From Candidatus Poribacteria bacterium (GTDB taxonomy: Bacteria > Poribacteria > WGA-4E > PCPOR2b), in contig OZ244587.1 in assembly GCA_965218095.1 (NCBI GenBank), forward strand, positions 1,668,720-1,732,719: a stretch of 64,000 bases of DNA, given 5' to 3'. Within the stretch, counting starts at the first letter, position 1. The number at the start of each line of letters is the position of its first letter. Below, in pieces: positions 38,922-49,627 of this stretch. A program made the translations under genes and the position numbers. The notes under the pieces were generated by a model. The model was not told where the DNA came from, made no database searches, and saw nothing but the letters and a program-made list of their open reading frames with translations.

Positions 38922-41900
38922 TTGAATAAGCGGATTACCTCAATACCTATTGTGCTAGCACTCTATACAATCCTAATATGTATTCCATCTTCGGTATATG
39001 CCAAAAAGGGGGTAAGACAGCAGATTCAACTGAAAGCAGGCGCGGCGTTGCAGCGGATCAAATCCGATTCAGAAACCCCTGTCCGTGCACGATGGCATCA
39101 GAACCGGGGGACAGTCCGCAACCTTTACAATTTGACACTGCCTGCCCCGATAGGAACGCTGGAAACATCAGTGCGTCAATGCCTTACCGACTATTGTGAC
39201 CTTTTTGCGATGACTGATCCAAACATCGAGTTGCGTCTCACGGATATCCAAAACAGCTTAACGGGCAGACATGTTCGATTCCATCAATACTACAACGGTA
39301 TCGAAGTTTACGGTGCAGTGACCTCGGTCCACACCAACCGCTCTGGGCAGATACGAGTCATCCACAACAACTACTTCCCACAGATCAACATCAGTACAGC
39401 GGCATCGCTCTCCCCGGAACAAGCAATCAGTATCGCCATTGCCGAGTCCGGTGCATTCGATTTGCGCAAGCCGCCGCGTGTCAACTTGGTAATTTTCCCG
39501 GATCGTAATACGGGACAGATAGGCGACTATGCTAATGCGTATCGCCTCGCTCACCGCACAATCGTGCACTCCCGTCAACCACTCGCAAGTTGGGAGTATA
39601 TCATTGACACCAACACCGGCGAGCTGTTGCACCGACGGAACCTGCTCAGGTTTGCTGACGGACAAGGGCGCGTCTTTAACCCGAATCCTGTTGTCGCCCT
39701 TAAAGATTTCACGCTCATGGACCAAGATGATTCTCCTGACGCGATACCAGAAGCAGCGTATACGGATGTGATGCTACCTGAGTTGGACGGGAGTGGTTTT
39801 CTTGATGGGCCTTACGCGAGTACGAGATTGACCGAAAATCGTGCCAACGAGCCGACGCTGGGGTTCAACTATCTCCGAGATGATCCCCGATTTGAGGAGG
39901 TGATGGTCTATTATCACGTTGATGCCGTTGGGCGTTATTTGAAAGGACTCGGCTTCGATTTCGTGGACAATTGGCAGATTCCTGCGAATGTGCATTTCGG
40001 TATGACGAGGGCTGGTTTCTATAACGATAGTGAGGGATCGATTAATTTCGGAGATGCCGGTGTTGATGTTGCCGAAGATGCTGAAGTGATTATCCATGAA
40101 TATGGTCACGCGATCCTTGATCGACAGGTCCCTAACATTAACAAGGGCGAAGGTGGCGCGATACACGAAGGGTTTAGTGATTTTCTCGCAGCCAGTTTTT
40201 TCAGTGCCGTGAGCGATGGTTTTAGTGACTCGATCGTTTTTGAATGGGCTGGTTCAGGTGACCCTGAGATTTACACTCGTCCCGTAACTGGTAACAAGCG
40301 TTATCCCGAAGACATTGTGGGTGAGCCACACACCGATGGAGAGATTTGGTCTGCGGCACTATGGGAGATTTTTGAGGCGATTGGACGCGATGCGTCGATC
40401 CGCTTGATTGTCGAGAGCCATTTCTTCCTCTCACCCGACACGGAACTTGTCGATGGGGCATCAGCGATTTTTATGGCGGATCAGGAACTGAATGGTGGAG
40501 TAAATTTCGACCTAATTTTGGGAATTATGGAGAACCGTGGATTCTTTACGCTGCCCAAATTGGCATCGGATGCCTTTGAGGAGAACGATACAGCGGAGAC
40601 CGCAGCCGCGATTGAGCTCCCGTTTGTCAACGGAGAACTGTCCGTCCACACAGCGGACAATGATGATTACTATAGATTCCGTTTGGATGAGACAATGCAG
40701 GTTGGGTTGGGAATTGATTTTCAACCCATTTACGGGGAGTTGATGCTAACATTGATGGGACCTAATGGTATCGAGCTTGTTACCTTCGAGACGAAGGATG
40801 TTACATCGCTTGAATTAGTGCCGGGCGATTATGTCGTTGCAGTTTCGGGCATCAACGGTGCGACTAACGATTATAAACTAGCGCTTATCGTTGACAACCA
40901 CGGCGATACGCCTGACACAGCGACATCTGTGGCGATCGGCGACACGATAGAAAGTTTCATCGACTTCAACGGAGATACGGATTTCTTCGCGATTGAAGGT
41001 GAGAAGGGGCAGCGCATTGAAATCACTATTACGACAAAGAACTCCGACCTCGACTCTCTGCTCGTTGTCTATGGACCAGATGGTGAGCTCTTTGCTAAAA
41101 GTGATGATGTCTTGCCGACCATCGGTCCGGAGCCGATTCCCGAACTAAATCCGCGTGGGATTGATTCCCGCGTGAGTGAAAAACTACCAGCCAATGGAAC
41201 GTACCTGCTCGCTGTCAGCAACATTGCACTTCCCAATCTGAATGCCCCCTTTGGCGGTCTAAACTACTCTTACACACTGACGATCAGTGGGAAGACCGAT
41301 GACCATGCAGCGTGCGGTAGTGGCGAGGAAACGCCATTGACCTTCGATGCACCTATAACAGGTATCATTACCCTTAGCACCCTTAGCGGTGATCCTACAT
41401 CACCGGATCCTCAAGACTCGGAACCCGATCTTCATGACTCGGACGGTTTCCGCTTTGAAGCGTCAGAGGGCACTGTCATTGCCCTACACGTTGAGGTAGA
41501 AACGCCTGCACGCGAGGTAATATTTATGGTGACCCTCCTCAGTCTTTTGGATGCATCTGGAGAAACGTTGGTATCTACTCGTGGCGCTCCTAATGGCTTA
41601 GAGGTGCGGATTGATGGATTTCTCATCCCTGCCGATGGCGAGTATTGTGTTGATGTTGCCGGTTTCATAGGAGGTGCGGTTGGTTCCACTTATACCTATA
41701 CGCTGACGTTATCTGAGGGCGAACTGCCCGAAGATGATCACGAAGATCTGAAAGGGAATCCAACCCCCTTAACGGTGGGTGTTCCTGTCGAGGGAGCGAT
41801 CAGTTTTGTCGGGGATGCCGATGCGTTTCAGTTTACTGCTACAGCGGGACAAATCATTACGTTAGCGGTGGACGGGCAACCCGCCACTCCGTTCTCTCGT

Positions 41901-42962
41901 TTAGTTTTGACCCTGTATAATAGCGATTTACAGCGTTTAGCCGAGGTTCCGCTCTTTATAGAAGGTATTGATTCGATGCTAGAAGGATTTGAAATTCCTG
42001 TGGACGGAATTCACTATGCCGAGATTAGAGATATGTTCGGAGGAAGTGAAGCGAATTTTTCCTACACACTGACCCTGACAATCGAAGAGGGAGATGTTGA
42101 GCGTAAATTTCCCCCTTATGATGTCAACCAAGATGGCAAGGTGGACATTTTTGATCTCGTGCTTGTCGGTCAACATTTCGGCGAAAAATTCATTAACGCC
42201 ACGCCAACTGCAGATTTTGGACAGTTCCGTTCGGTATCGCCCGAAGGGGAGTTGCGGCTCCTGATGACCCCGAGTGTGACGGATACACGACAATTGACCG
42301 TCTCAATCCACACCACAGCGATTGCCGATCTTTACGGCTACCATTTTTCAATCCAGTACGATCCGGCGATATTAGAGTTCCTTACTGCATCACCAAGCCC
42401 GGTTTTAGCCGCTGCGCTGCCCCAAAGTTACTGGCATATCTCCCAGCAAGGGACACAACTGAAGTTCACACAGACACGTCAAGCAACGCTGAAAGGTGTG
42501 ACAGCAGAGGGTTCACTGGCTATGCTTGTTTTTCATGTCAAAAAGACGGTGCCCCCGTCGTCGCAGCCCCCCATCCGGCTCGTTGACCTGCAACTGGCGG
42601 ATTCGCTGACAAGAGCGATTCCGGTGCACGTGGTCGGTGAGCGAGTGTCAATGACAGAGCTATTCCCTGAGAAACCGATGTTGCTGCAAAACCACCCGAA
42701 CCCGTTTAACCCGGAAACATGGATTCCGTATCAACTCTCTACCGATTCAGAGGTGGTTATCTCAATTTACGATACAAACGGTGAGCGTGTCCGTCAATTT
42801 GACCTCGGCTATCAGCACGTTGGGACATACATTACTCGCGGTAGGGCGGCCTACTGGGATGGAGAAGACATGTATGGTGAGCAGGTTGCGAGCGGCTTAT
42901 ATTTTTATCAGATCCGGGCGGGTGCGTTTTCTGCGACCCGCAAAATGGTTATCGTCAAATAG
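38922..42962 (+). CDS. secreted mosaic metalloprotease: FTP/PepSY-like propeptide, M36/M4-type gluzincin domain, 4 PPC (pre-peptidase C-terminal) domains, dockerin-like module, T9SS C-terminal sorting domain
   Basis: 1346 aa. TTG start with a GGAGA RBS. HEYGHAILD plus EGFSDF at about 40097-40200. Four DxDxY/FxF PPC units (ADNDDYYRF, GDTDFFAI, HDSDGFRF, GDADAFQF). YDVNQDGKVDIFDLVLVGQHFG at about 42115. C-terminus LLQNHPNPFNPETWIPYQL...YFYQIRAGAFSATRKMVIVK. Confidence 0.85.
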   Translation: MNKRITSIPIVLALYTILICIPSSVYAKKGVRQQIQLKAGAALQRIKSDSETPVRARWHQNRGTVRNLYNLTLPAPIGTLETSVRQCLTDYCDLFAMTDPNIELRLTDIQNSLTGRHVRFHQYYNGIEVYGAVTSVHTNRSGQIRVIHNNYFPQINISTAASLSPEQAISIAIAESGAFDLRKPPRVNLVIFPDRNTGQIGDYANAYRLAHRTIVHSRQPLASWEYIIDTNTGELLHRRNLLRFADGQGRVFNPNPVVALKDFTLMDQDDSPDAIPEAAYTDVMLPELDGSGFLDGPYASTRLTENRANEPTLGFNYLRDDPRFEEVMVYYHVDAVGRYLKGLGFDFVDNWQIPANVHFGMTRAGFYNDSEGSINFGDAGVDVAEDAEVIIHEYGHAILDRQVPNINKGEGGAIHEGFSDFLAASFFSAVSDGFSDSIVFEWAGSGDPEIYTRPVTGNKRYPEDIVGEPHTDGEIWSAALWEIFEAIGRDASIRLIVESHFFLSPDTELVDGASAIFMADQELNGGVNFDLILGIMENRGFFTLPKLASDAFEENDTAETAAAIELPFVNGELSVHTADNDDYYRFRLDETMQVGLGIDFQPIYGELMLTLMGPNGIELVTFETKDVTSLELVPGDYVVAVSGINGATNDYKLALIVDNHGDTPDTATSVAIGDTIESFIDFNGDTDFFAIEGEKGQRIEITITTKNSDLDSLLVVYGPDGELFAKSDDVLPTIGPEPIPELNPRGIDSRVSEKLPANGTYLLAVSNIALPNLNAPFGGLNYSYTLTISGKTDDHAACGSGEETPLTFDAPITGIITLSTLSGDPTSPDPQDSEPDLHDSDGFRFEASEGTVIALHVEVETPAREVIFMVTLLSLLDASGETLVSTRGAPNGLEVRIDGFLIPADGEYCVDVAGFIGGAVGSTYTYTLTLSEGELPEDDHEDLKGNPTPLTVGVPVEGAISFVGDADAFQFTATAGQIITLAVDGQPATPFSRLVLTLYNSDLQRLAEVPLFIEGIDSMLEGFEIPVDGIHYAEIRDMFGGSEANFSYTLTLTIEEGDVERKFPPYDVNQDGKVDIFDLVLVGQHFGEKFINATPTADFGQFRSVSPEGELRLLMTPSVTDTRQLTVSIHTTAIADLYGYHFSIQYDPAILEFLTASPSPVLAAALPQSYWHISQQGTQLKFTQTRQATLKGVTAEGSLAMLVFHVKKTVPPSSQPPIRLVDLQLADSLTRAIPVHVVGERVSMTELFPEKPMLLQNHPNPFNPETWIPYQLSTDSEVVISIYDTNGERVRQFDLGYQHVGTYITRGRAAYWDGEDMYGEQVASGLYFYQIRAGAFSATRKMVIVK

Positions 42963-43202
42963 TTAACTCAGGTTGCCACCTATCGCCCCGCTAGGGCTTT
43001 AGGTGACAACTTGAGTGTTTTTACTATAAATCACTTTACTCGCAGCTACTTCAGGATAACCATAAGAGAGTGACCCCGAAACCTTTTGAGTTGAAAAAGG
43101 ATGAAAACCGCGCCTTGCTAATCTTATTATAAAAAAGTGCTCCCGATCTTTGCAAGAAAAAAGCAAAGGAAAACTAAACGCCCCTAAATTGCGACAAAAA
43201 AT

Positions 43203-43232
43203 TTGTCAAAGTCAATCCGCTTGTGCTATAAT
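43203..43232 (+). promoter_or_regulatory. sigma70-like promoter TTGTCA-18nt-TATAAT (copy 2 of the duplicated cassette)
   Basis: aaaaatttgtcaaagtcaatccgcttgtgctataat, upstream of the 43281-46653 gene trio. Confidence 0.5.
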
Positions 43233-43280
43233 ATCATCTCTAATTTTCAAGTATCTCACGTTTGAAAGAGGTAAAGGTTC

Positions 43281-43583
43281 TTGCAGAACAATCGAACCCA
43301 CATCAATCCAACCGGCTGGGTAATTGCAATTGGGATTTTTTATTCTCTGATGGCAATAAGCCTTGTCGGGCTCACATATGAACACGACCACAATATCCTC
43401 GGTTCGACTGATTGTTCTGCTTGCTTCTTCAGTGCCAACCACCTCGGTATTGAGCTCCATGCTGTTGACTTCACCAATCTCGATACCTGCATCTCAATTC
43501 ACTCCCCTTTCGACCTTACTTTCATCTTCACGACACCTGTCAACAATATCCAAAGTCGTGCCCCACCAGCGTTCTCCATTTAA
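43281..43583 (+). CDS. small hypothetical membrane protein
   Basis: 100 aa with one TM helix and Cys/His residues (EHDHN, CSAC). First gene after the promoter. Confidence 0.3.
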   Translation: MQNNRTHINPTGWVIAIGIFYSLMAISLVGLTYEHDHNILGSTDCSACFFSANHLGIELHAVDFTNLDTCISIHSPFDLTFIFTTPVNNIQSRAPPAFSI

Positions 43584-43723
43584 TCTCCTAATCTAACCCA
43601 TATCTCTGCTTTTTTGACCCAATCAATTTCTATCTTTTCCCTGGCTGATCTGTATCTGACTTTGGCGGTAGTCTGCCTAAGTCGTGATGCCGGGAAAAAC
43701 AATTTATCTATATTTTGGAGGAC

Positions 43724-44299
43724 ATGATGTTTACCTGTTTTTTTAGATTCACTCTGTTACTACTCGCATTTGCTGTGCTGTTCGCCGCTTGTAGCGAAGA
43801 TGATAATCCCATTGTTGACCATGACGACGAACCATTTCATGCCGATGCCGACGGTTTTATCCTCAAGGTTGACGGGAACGAGATCTACCGCCAATTTCAG
43901 GGGACGCATACGGGAGGTATCACCCTCAAAGTCGGGGAGGAACTGGATGTTCTCGCCGTGTTCCTTAACCAGCATGAAGAGGAATTTTTCCCTGAAGCCC
44001 CGGAAGAGGGCGAAGATCACGACCACGACGATCATGGTGAGGAAGAGGTGTTTGCCTTAGCTCTCAGCGGATTTGATTCATCAACCATTGAAGTACACCT
44101 TTACGAAAGTGAGGAGGACGACCATGAAGATGATCACGCTGAAGAAGGCGAAGACCACGACGATGAGCTCGCCGAAAAATTTACCTTTGAGGTGAAAGGG
44201 CTTAAAGCCGGAAAAACAGAGTTCAAACTCCAGCTATTGCACGGCGACCATCCTGATTTCACGGCGGCGTTCTCGACTCCCGTAACGGTTACACCGTAG
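43724..44299 (+). CDS. His/Asp/Glu-rich lipoprotein (putative periplasmic metal-binding protein)
   Basis: LFAAC lipobox. GEDHDHDDHGEEE and EDDHEDDHAEEGEDHDDE runs. Confidence 0.5.
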   Translation: MMFTCFFRFTLLLLAFAVLFAACSEDDNPIVDHDDEPFHADADGFILKVDGNEIYRQFQGTHTGGITLKVGEELDVLAVFLNQHEEEFFPEAPEEGEDHDHDDHGEEEVFALALSGFDSSTIEVHLYESEEDDHEDDHAEEGEDHDDELAEKFTFEVKGLKAGKTEFKLQLLHGDHPDFTAAFSTPVTVTP

Positions 44300-44442
44300 G
44301 GAGCATTTGCTTGGGAGATTGTTTTGTCGGATTGCCAAATCCAACAGTTGGTCTAGAGTTGGCAATCCAGACAGAGCAAAGTGAAAGTGGAACTACCCGA
44401 ACTGAGTAGATTTTGACACAACTCTAAGATCAGAGGCTTCCG

Positions 44443-46653
44443 ATGAAACGCTTAATCTTTTGTCTATTCACCATTCTCCTGACTCATAATGTAGACGGGG
44501 TATCCTTGTCCCGCCCCGTTTCCGTTTCAGGGCAGGTGATTGATGCTGAAGCGGAAACTCCCCTTGTGGATGTCCATGTATCCCTGTTACGCAAAGCAGA
44601 AGGCGCATCTGTGTTCCAAACCGATAGGACTGGACAGTTTCGGTTTGATGGAATTGCGGTGGGAACGTATACACTTCGATTCAATCACGTTGGCTATGAA
44701 ACGTTAGATCAAGAAATCGTTGTCAAGGCGGACTCGACAACGATGGCAGTGAAATTGAAACGCAGTCCGCTCCAACTTGGAGAGATTGTTGTTACACCCG
44801 GTGACGAGGAGCACGCTCATTTTGAGAAAACCACCGACCTCAACCTTTCAGCGCAGCAGCTTGATCAGCAAATGGGAGTAACCATAGCCGAGACGCTTAG
44901 CGGAGAGGTAGGGATCGCCCAGCGGACGATGGGGCGAGCAACCGCGCGTCCGGTCATCCGGGGCATGGGCGGTGATCGGCTGCTTATCCTCGAAAATGGC
45001 GGGCGCACCGGCGATAAATCAGCGTCCTCAGCAGATCACGCGGTTGCAATTGACCCAACCACCGCGACAAATATCGAGATTACGCGCGGACCGGCGTCGC
45101 TAATTTATGGCTCAAGCACACTCGGCGGTGTCGTCAATGTCAAGCGCGAGACCATCCCGCAAACCCTGCCCCATCGTCCAACGATGAATCTCACATTTCA
45201 GAGTGAGTCGGTCAATTCAGGGCTGACCGGAACGACAGAGCTGACGATTCCGATTGGTAACCTTGCGTGGAGGCTGGAGTTGAACCGCCGCCACACCGAC
45301 GATACACATACCCCCATCGGTATTTTAGAAAACACGTCGCTATCGCAAACTAATTTTGCGACCGGTATCTCAATGGTCAAGGATTGGGGACACATTGGGA
45401 TTTCAGGCGGTAATTACCGTTCAGATTACGGGATTCCCGGTTCGCCGGAAGGACACATCCAAGGCGTCACTATCGACCTCGACCGCCAACGGTATGAAGG
45501 TAATTTTGAGTATGGGTTTCAGCAGTCGTTTCTTGAGAAACTGAAACTGCACTCGACCTACACACGCTATCAGCATCAGGAGATTGAATCAAACAGCACG
45601 CTCGGTGTTGAGTTCGGCCTATTGACATACAACGCGTCCGCATTGGCTTATCTGCACGGCGATGCAGTTGCCGGGGTTTGGGGCGAGTACCGTGACCATG
45701 CGACGGGCGGGTTTTACTGGACGCCGCACACGCGGGAGATGTCCTTGGCGGGTTTCTATTTCAAACAGAAGCGGCTCAACGCCTCCTTTACGTTACAAGG
45801 TGCAATTCGCTACAACATCAGACGGGTTGAGCCATTTGTGGAAGGTGCTGTCATCCGCGCAGGAACGGTGCAACGACGGGACTTCGGCGGCATGTCGAGT
45901 GCGGTTTCGAGTATCTATCATTGGAACGACAACTTGGGAACTGGTGCTACCTTGATGAAGACGTTTCGCACACCGGGAATCGAGGAACTCTTTTCAGATG
46001 GTCCGCATCTCGCAGCCTACTCCTACGAAATTGGTAATGCCGAACTCGGTTCGGAGGATGGCTTCGGGACAGAGGCATTTCTGCGCTATGCTGCCGAGCG
46101 CGTGAAACTAAATCTCACCGTTTTTCGCAACCAGATTTACAGTTATCTGATTCCGACCAACACAGGCGAAAAGGAGTGGGGGAGTGGTGCGGCGGGGTGG
46201 CTGTGGATATATCAATACCGGGGACAAGAAGCCATCCTTGACGGAGCCGAATTTAGCATTGACACTGAAATCGTCCCACGATTTCAGGCACAGGTGCGCA
46301 TGAGTTACGTCAAAGGGACTTTGACAACCAGTGGATCACCGCTTGAACGCATCCCGCCGCTCAACGGAAAAGTGGCGCTGCGATACGTAACGCAGCCGCT
46401 AAACTTTCACTTCACGGCGCGATTTTCAGACGACCAGCATCGGCTCGGCGAATTTGAAGAGGCGACCGACGGGTACATCGTCTACGATGTGGGCTTGCAG
46501 TTGGCGTTTCCGATGTGGCGACTTCAGCATCAGATGGTTGTCGCGGTCGAGAATATCTTCGACACCGAATACCGTCAGCACCTTTCGAGAATCAAATCAG
46601 TAATGCCGGAGCCGGGACGGAACGTGAAATTTTTATATCGGCTGAATTTTTAA
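44443..46653 (+). CDS. TonB-dependent outer-membrane receptor
   Basis: 736 aa. CarboxypepD_reg-like N-terminal domain, plug domain, and a C-terminal beta-barrel ending ...RNVKFLYRLNF. Confidence 0.85.
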   Translation: MKRLIFCLFTILLTHNVDGVSLSRPVSVSGQVIDAEAETPLVDVHVSLLRKAEGASVFQTDRTGQFRFDGIAVGTYTLRFNHVGYETLDQEIVVKADSTTMAVKLKRSPLQLGEIVVTPGDEEHAHFEKTTDLNLSAQQLDQQMGVTIAETLSGEVGIAQRTMGRATARPVIRGMGGDRLLILENGGRTGDKSASSADHAVAIDPTTATNIEITRGPASLIYGSSTLGGVVNVKRETIPQTLPHRPTMNLTFQSESVNSGLTGTTELTIPIGNLAWRLELNRRHTDDTHTPIGILENTSLSQTNFATGISMVKDWGHIGISGGNYRSDYGIPGSPEGHIQGVTIDLDRQRYEGNFEYGFQQSFLEKLKLHSTYTRYQHQEIESNSTLGVEFGLLTYNASALAYLHGDAVAGVWGEYRDHATGGFYWTPHTREMSLAGFYFKQKRLNASFTLQGAIRYNIRRVEPFVEGAVIRAGTVQRRDFGGMSSAVSSIYHWNDNLGTGATLMKTFRTPGIEELFSDGPHLAAYSYEIGNAELGSEDGFGTEAFLRYAAERVKLNLTVFRNQIYSYLIPTNTGEKEWGSGAAGWLWIYQYRGQEAILDGAEFSIDTEIVPRFQAQVRMSYVKGTLTTSGSPLERIPPLNGKVALRYVTQPLNFHFTARFSDDQHRLGEFEEATDGYIVYDVGLQLAFPMWRLQHQMVVAVENIFDTEYRQHLSRIKSVMPEPGRNVKFLYRLNF

Positions 46654-46685
46654 AGGTTGGCAATGAAAGTCGGGAGAACGTCAGA

Positions 46686-47159
46686 TCAGTCAACACGGAA
46701 TTTCTGCTCCACACCGTTGACAACAACTTTATAATCACCCGCCGGGAAAGTCCCAATAAAAACCTGCTCTTGATACTCCGTTACGACCGTCGCGCAAACA
46801 CTATCTTTCGGACGTTTGGTTGTCATCTGGATGGTGATAGTGTTTCCTTCCCGCGCTTGATGTGTCTCATGGTGTACGGTACAACTATCCGGTAGATACC
46901 CAATGACCTCAACGGTAACTTGAACGGGTTTACTCTCCGTGATTAGTAGTTCAATCTCTTTGATGGACAGATCTGCAATAATCCACTGATCACCAACAAC
47001 ATCACTGTCTCTGTTCGATGGTTCACCGGTATCTGGTGGTTCACTGGTATCATTGAGCATATCATCAATGACGTTCGAGCAACCGATGCAATATATCATG
47101 CTGATGATTGTGACAAACTGCATGATACGATGAAGCAGTTGGAAAGGAGTTGTTTTCAT
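46686..47159 (-). CDS. hypothetical lipoprotein
   Basis: MKTTPFQLLHRIMQFVTIISMIYCIGCS lipobox. Confidence 0.4.
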   Translation of the reverse strand: MKTTPFQLLHRIMQFVTIISMIYCIGCSNVIDDMLNDTSEPPDTGEPSNRDSDVVGDQWIIADLSIKEIELLITESKPVQVTVEVIGYLPDSCTVHHETHQAREGNTITIQMTTKRPKDSVCATVVTEYQEQVFIGTFPAGDYKVVVNGVEQKFRVD

Positions 47160-47554
47160 GATGAATCCTTTCGATATGTGAGCGGTGCATTTGGGTTTAC
47201 ACTTAGAATACATCATTAGAAGCGGAATGTCAATAGATTAAAGTGAAAACACCGGCGCATTGTGCAAAGCATCGGTTTCAGAAACGGCGACATTGCATTA
47301 TTGCCCACCTTTCCAAAAGTTCATCAAACTTGTTGATTAAAGAAATCTGCTAGATTACAATTGGCCAAAACGAGTTGATTCAAACAGAGCAAAGGTTAAA
47401 AATCAAATTGGAATTATATAATTCCGAAACCGCGGATGATTCCCAGGTCCGCCGGGGATTAGTATCAAGTATAAAGTGGGTTGTATTACGTTGAACTACG
47501 AATCAACCCAAAATGCTTATCCCTGAGTCAATCGGGGCAAATGAGAATCAATCG

Positions 47555-47938
47555 ATGAAAACCGAAGCACTTCGTTTGACTCTTTTCGTGTGGATTTGCC
47601 TCTGCTTCTCCACGCTCAACCGGGTTTCTGTTTCCCAAAATTATCAGGATTATCAGACGTGGAATTTACCCGACGATGCGATTGCCCGCTTGGGAAAAGA
47701 GGACATTAGTCAAGGCGACAGAGTGGTCGCCTTTTCGCCCGATGGGAGACGCCTCGGTGTAGCAAGTACCATTGGCGTCTGGCTTTATAACGTGAAGACG
47801 ACTCGTGAAGTCGCGCTCCCCACCGGGCATTCGGGTTGGATGCACGCTGTGGCATTCTCGCCCGATGGCACAAAACTCGCTTCGGGGTCATTCGAGGGGA
47901 CGGTTCTGGTATGGAATCTGGAACCGGCTGATCACTGA
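47555..47938 (+). CDS. short secreted WD40-repeat protein (2 blades only; possible fragment)
   Basis: Signal peptide, then VAFSPDGRRLGVAS...VAFSPDGTKLASGSFEGTVLVWNL. Confidence 0.4.
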   Translation: MKTEALRLTLFVWICLCFSTLNRVSVSQNYQDYQTWNLPDDAIARLGKEDISQGDRVVAFSPDGRRLGVASTIGVWLYNVKTTREVALPTGHSGWMHAVAFSPDGTKLASGSFEGTVLVWNLEPADH

Positions 47939-48058
47939 GTCTGCGATGCCGGAGGGTAGGCTCCAAACGGTGCGGGTGGGGTGAGCGTTTTTTCGGTGAG
48001 TTAATGTCGTTGAATGTTACCACAATGTGAAAGCATATTGCCAACCGGCAACGAACCC

Positions 48059-49093
48059 CTAGTCAAGCTCCATTTGAGGACCGTCTAGGTGCTGATAGAC
48101 CGGAACCCAGAGCTCGAGTGCGAAACGTTGTCCTGCTAAAAAACCACCGAGCCGGTCAGGGAAGATTAAGTTGGTACCCGCGAGAAGGCTTCCACATGTG
48201 CCGCCGCGAAGATGCGGAGCCATTGTGGGGGCCATTTCCGGCTTGAGGGCTTCATCGCTTCCGGCTATATTTCCCCAATTTTCAAAAAGTGCGCGAACTG
48301 AAACGCTAACCCAGTCGTTCAAGCGGCGCGCACCCCATATCGTCGACGCAGTGGCTGGGCCGAGACGGTAGCCTCGGCTGTTTTCATTCAATGGGACCGC
48401 TGCGCGCGTTTGGCCTCCAAAAGACCAATTGCCTAGCGTTGCGGTAAACGTTACGCTTGGCATCAGCTCAAAAGAGCCGGAGCCTAATTGCATGGGGTAC
48501 GGTAGGAGACCGTTTTTACCCGCCTCCTCAATGGAGCCTGTGGGAATAGAGAACCCGGCATTGAAGATGAAGGCCGCATCTTGTGTCCGGAGAAGGGGAA
48601 TCAGGGCGGAAAGTTTTAAATCACTTAGCCCGGCACTTTCCATCTCATGAGGTCCGACCGGATGGTCGTGGTCTCCATGAGCATGCGTGTGTGTTGCATC
48701 TCCTTCCATTTTCATGAAATTGTTCCGATAGCTCGTCATGGTCATGAGGGTGATGCGGTTATGTGGTGCGAACATCACCCCGAACATGTGCATCTGCATG
48801 CTCATGTGAGTGGGAGTTATCGCAAATTCTTCTAGGACCTCATCTGATGAGATTGGCTCGGTACCGACTCTGAGTCCATCCATTCCCATCCCCATAAAAC
48901 GGTATGACAACATCCATTCACCCTTTTCATGGGTATGGTCGCCCATAACCCCTAGGGGTGCATGACTGTCAGGACGAGTTGATTCTTGTTCGGATCCAGC
49001 GGTTTCTCCATTTGCCAGAACCGTTGAAACGTCTGTGTTCGTCAACACGAATAACACCGATAGTATGATTGAACATTGTGTGAGTATCTTCAT
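48059..49093 (-). CDS. His-rich outer-membrane beta-barrel-like protein (MetA/phenol-degradation-type transporter family suspected)
   Basis: Signal peptide, HTHAHGDHDH run. AAAGGAG RBS. Confidence 0.45.
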   Translation of the reverse strand: MKILTQCSIILSVLFVLTNTDVSTVLANGETAGSEQESTRPDSHAPLGVMGDHTHEKGEWMLSYRFMGMGMDGLRVGTEPISSDEVLEEFAITPTHMSMQMHMFGVMFAPHNRITLMTMTSYRNNFMKMEGDATHTHAHGDHDHPVGPHEMESAGLSDLKLSALIPLLRTQDAAFIFNAGFSIPTGSIEEAGKNGLLPYPMQLGSGSFELMPSVTFTATLGNWSFGGQTRAAVPLNENSRGYRLGPATASTIWGARRLNDWVSVSVRALFENWGNIAGSDEALKPEMAPTMAPHLRGGTCGSLLAGTNLIFPDRLGGFLAGQRFALELWVPVYQHLDGPQMELD

Positions 49094-49627
49094 TGGACTG
49101 CTCCTTTTTGTGGGTTTATGCAATTTCCTAACTTACCTTTCGCATTATTTCGGAACAGTTTTTCTAATTTTTAGATCCAGTCGTAGCAAGGGTTCCCAAC
49201 AGCCTGATTCGATGGATTGCCACATCACTGCAAAGGTCGTGTTTCTCAAGTGAAACGGCCGATTATTAGATCTGTGCTACGTGCGGGTTCGTACTCCGAA
49301 ATTAAAAAAACTTCCTCGGGATTACGCGAAAGGTAGGTTTAAAGATGGAACCGACCTCGAATTGACAACCAATGGCAGCAACTTTCTGTTTGCTGGCGGT
49401 CCATGGCAGACATGTATTGATAAACAAGATTATATCTAGTTTTCATCTGCATTCGCAACAGCTATCATTGATTTAGTCAAAGCCTTGGGTTTGTCATTGG
49501 GCAGCCCTGCAGGTATGTATTGTCCCGGTGATAATACCCGCTTTGACAAAGCTTTCCCCTAGTGCTGTGCACCCCAAACCCAAATTAACTAAAAACCCTT
49601 TCCCTTCCTTTCAAACTTGATACTCTC

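Noticed and set aside
49270-49300. tRNA-like T-arm sequence cgggttcgtactccg in a 500-bp intergenic region
   Set aside because: No matching acceptor or anticodon stems can be formed. No other tRNA hallmark is present.
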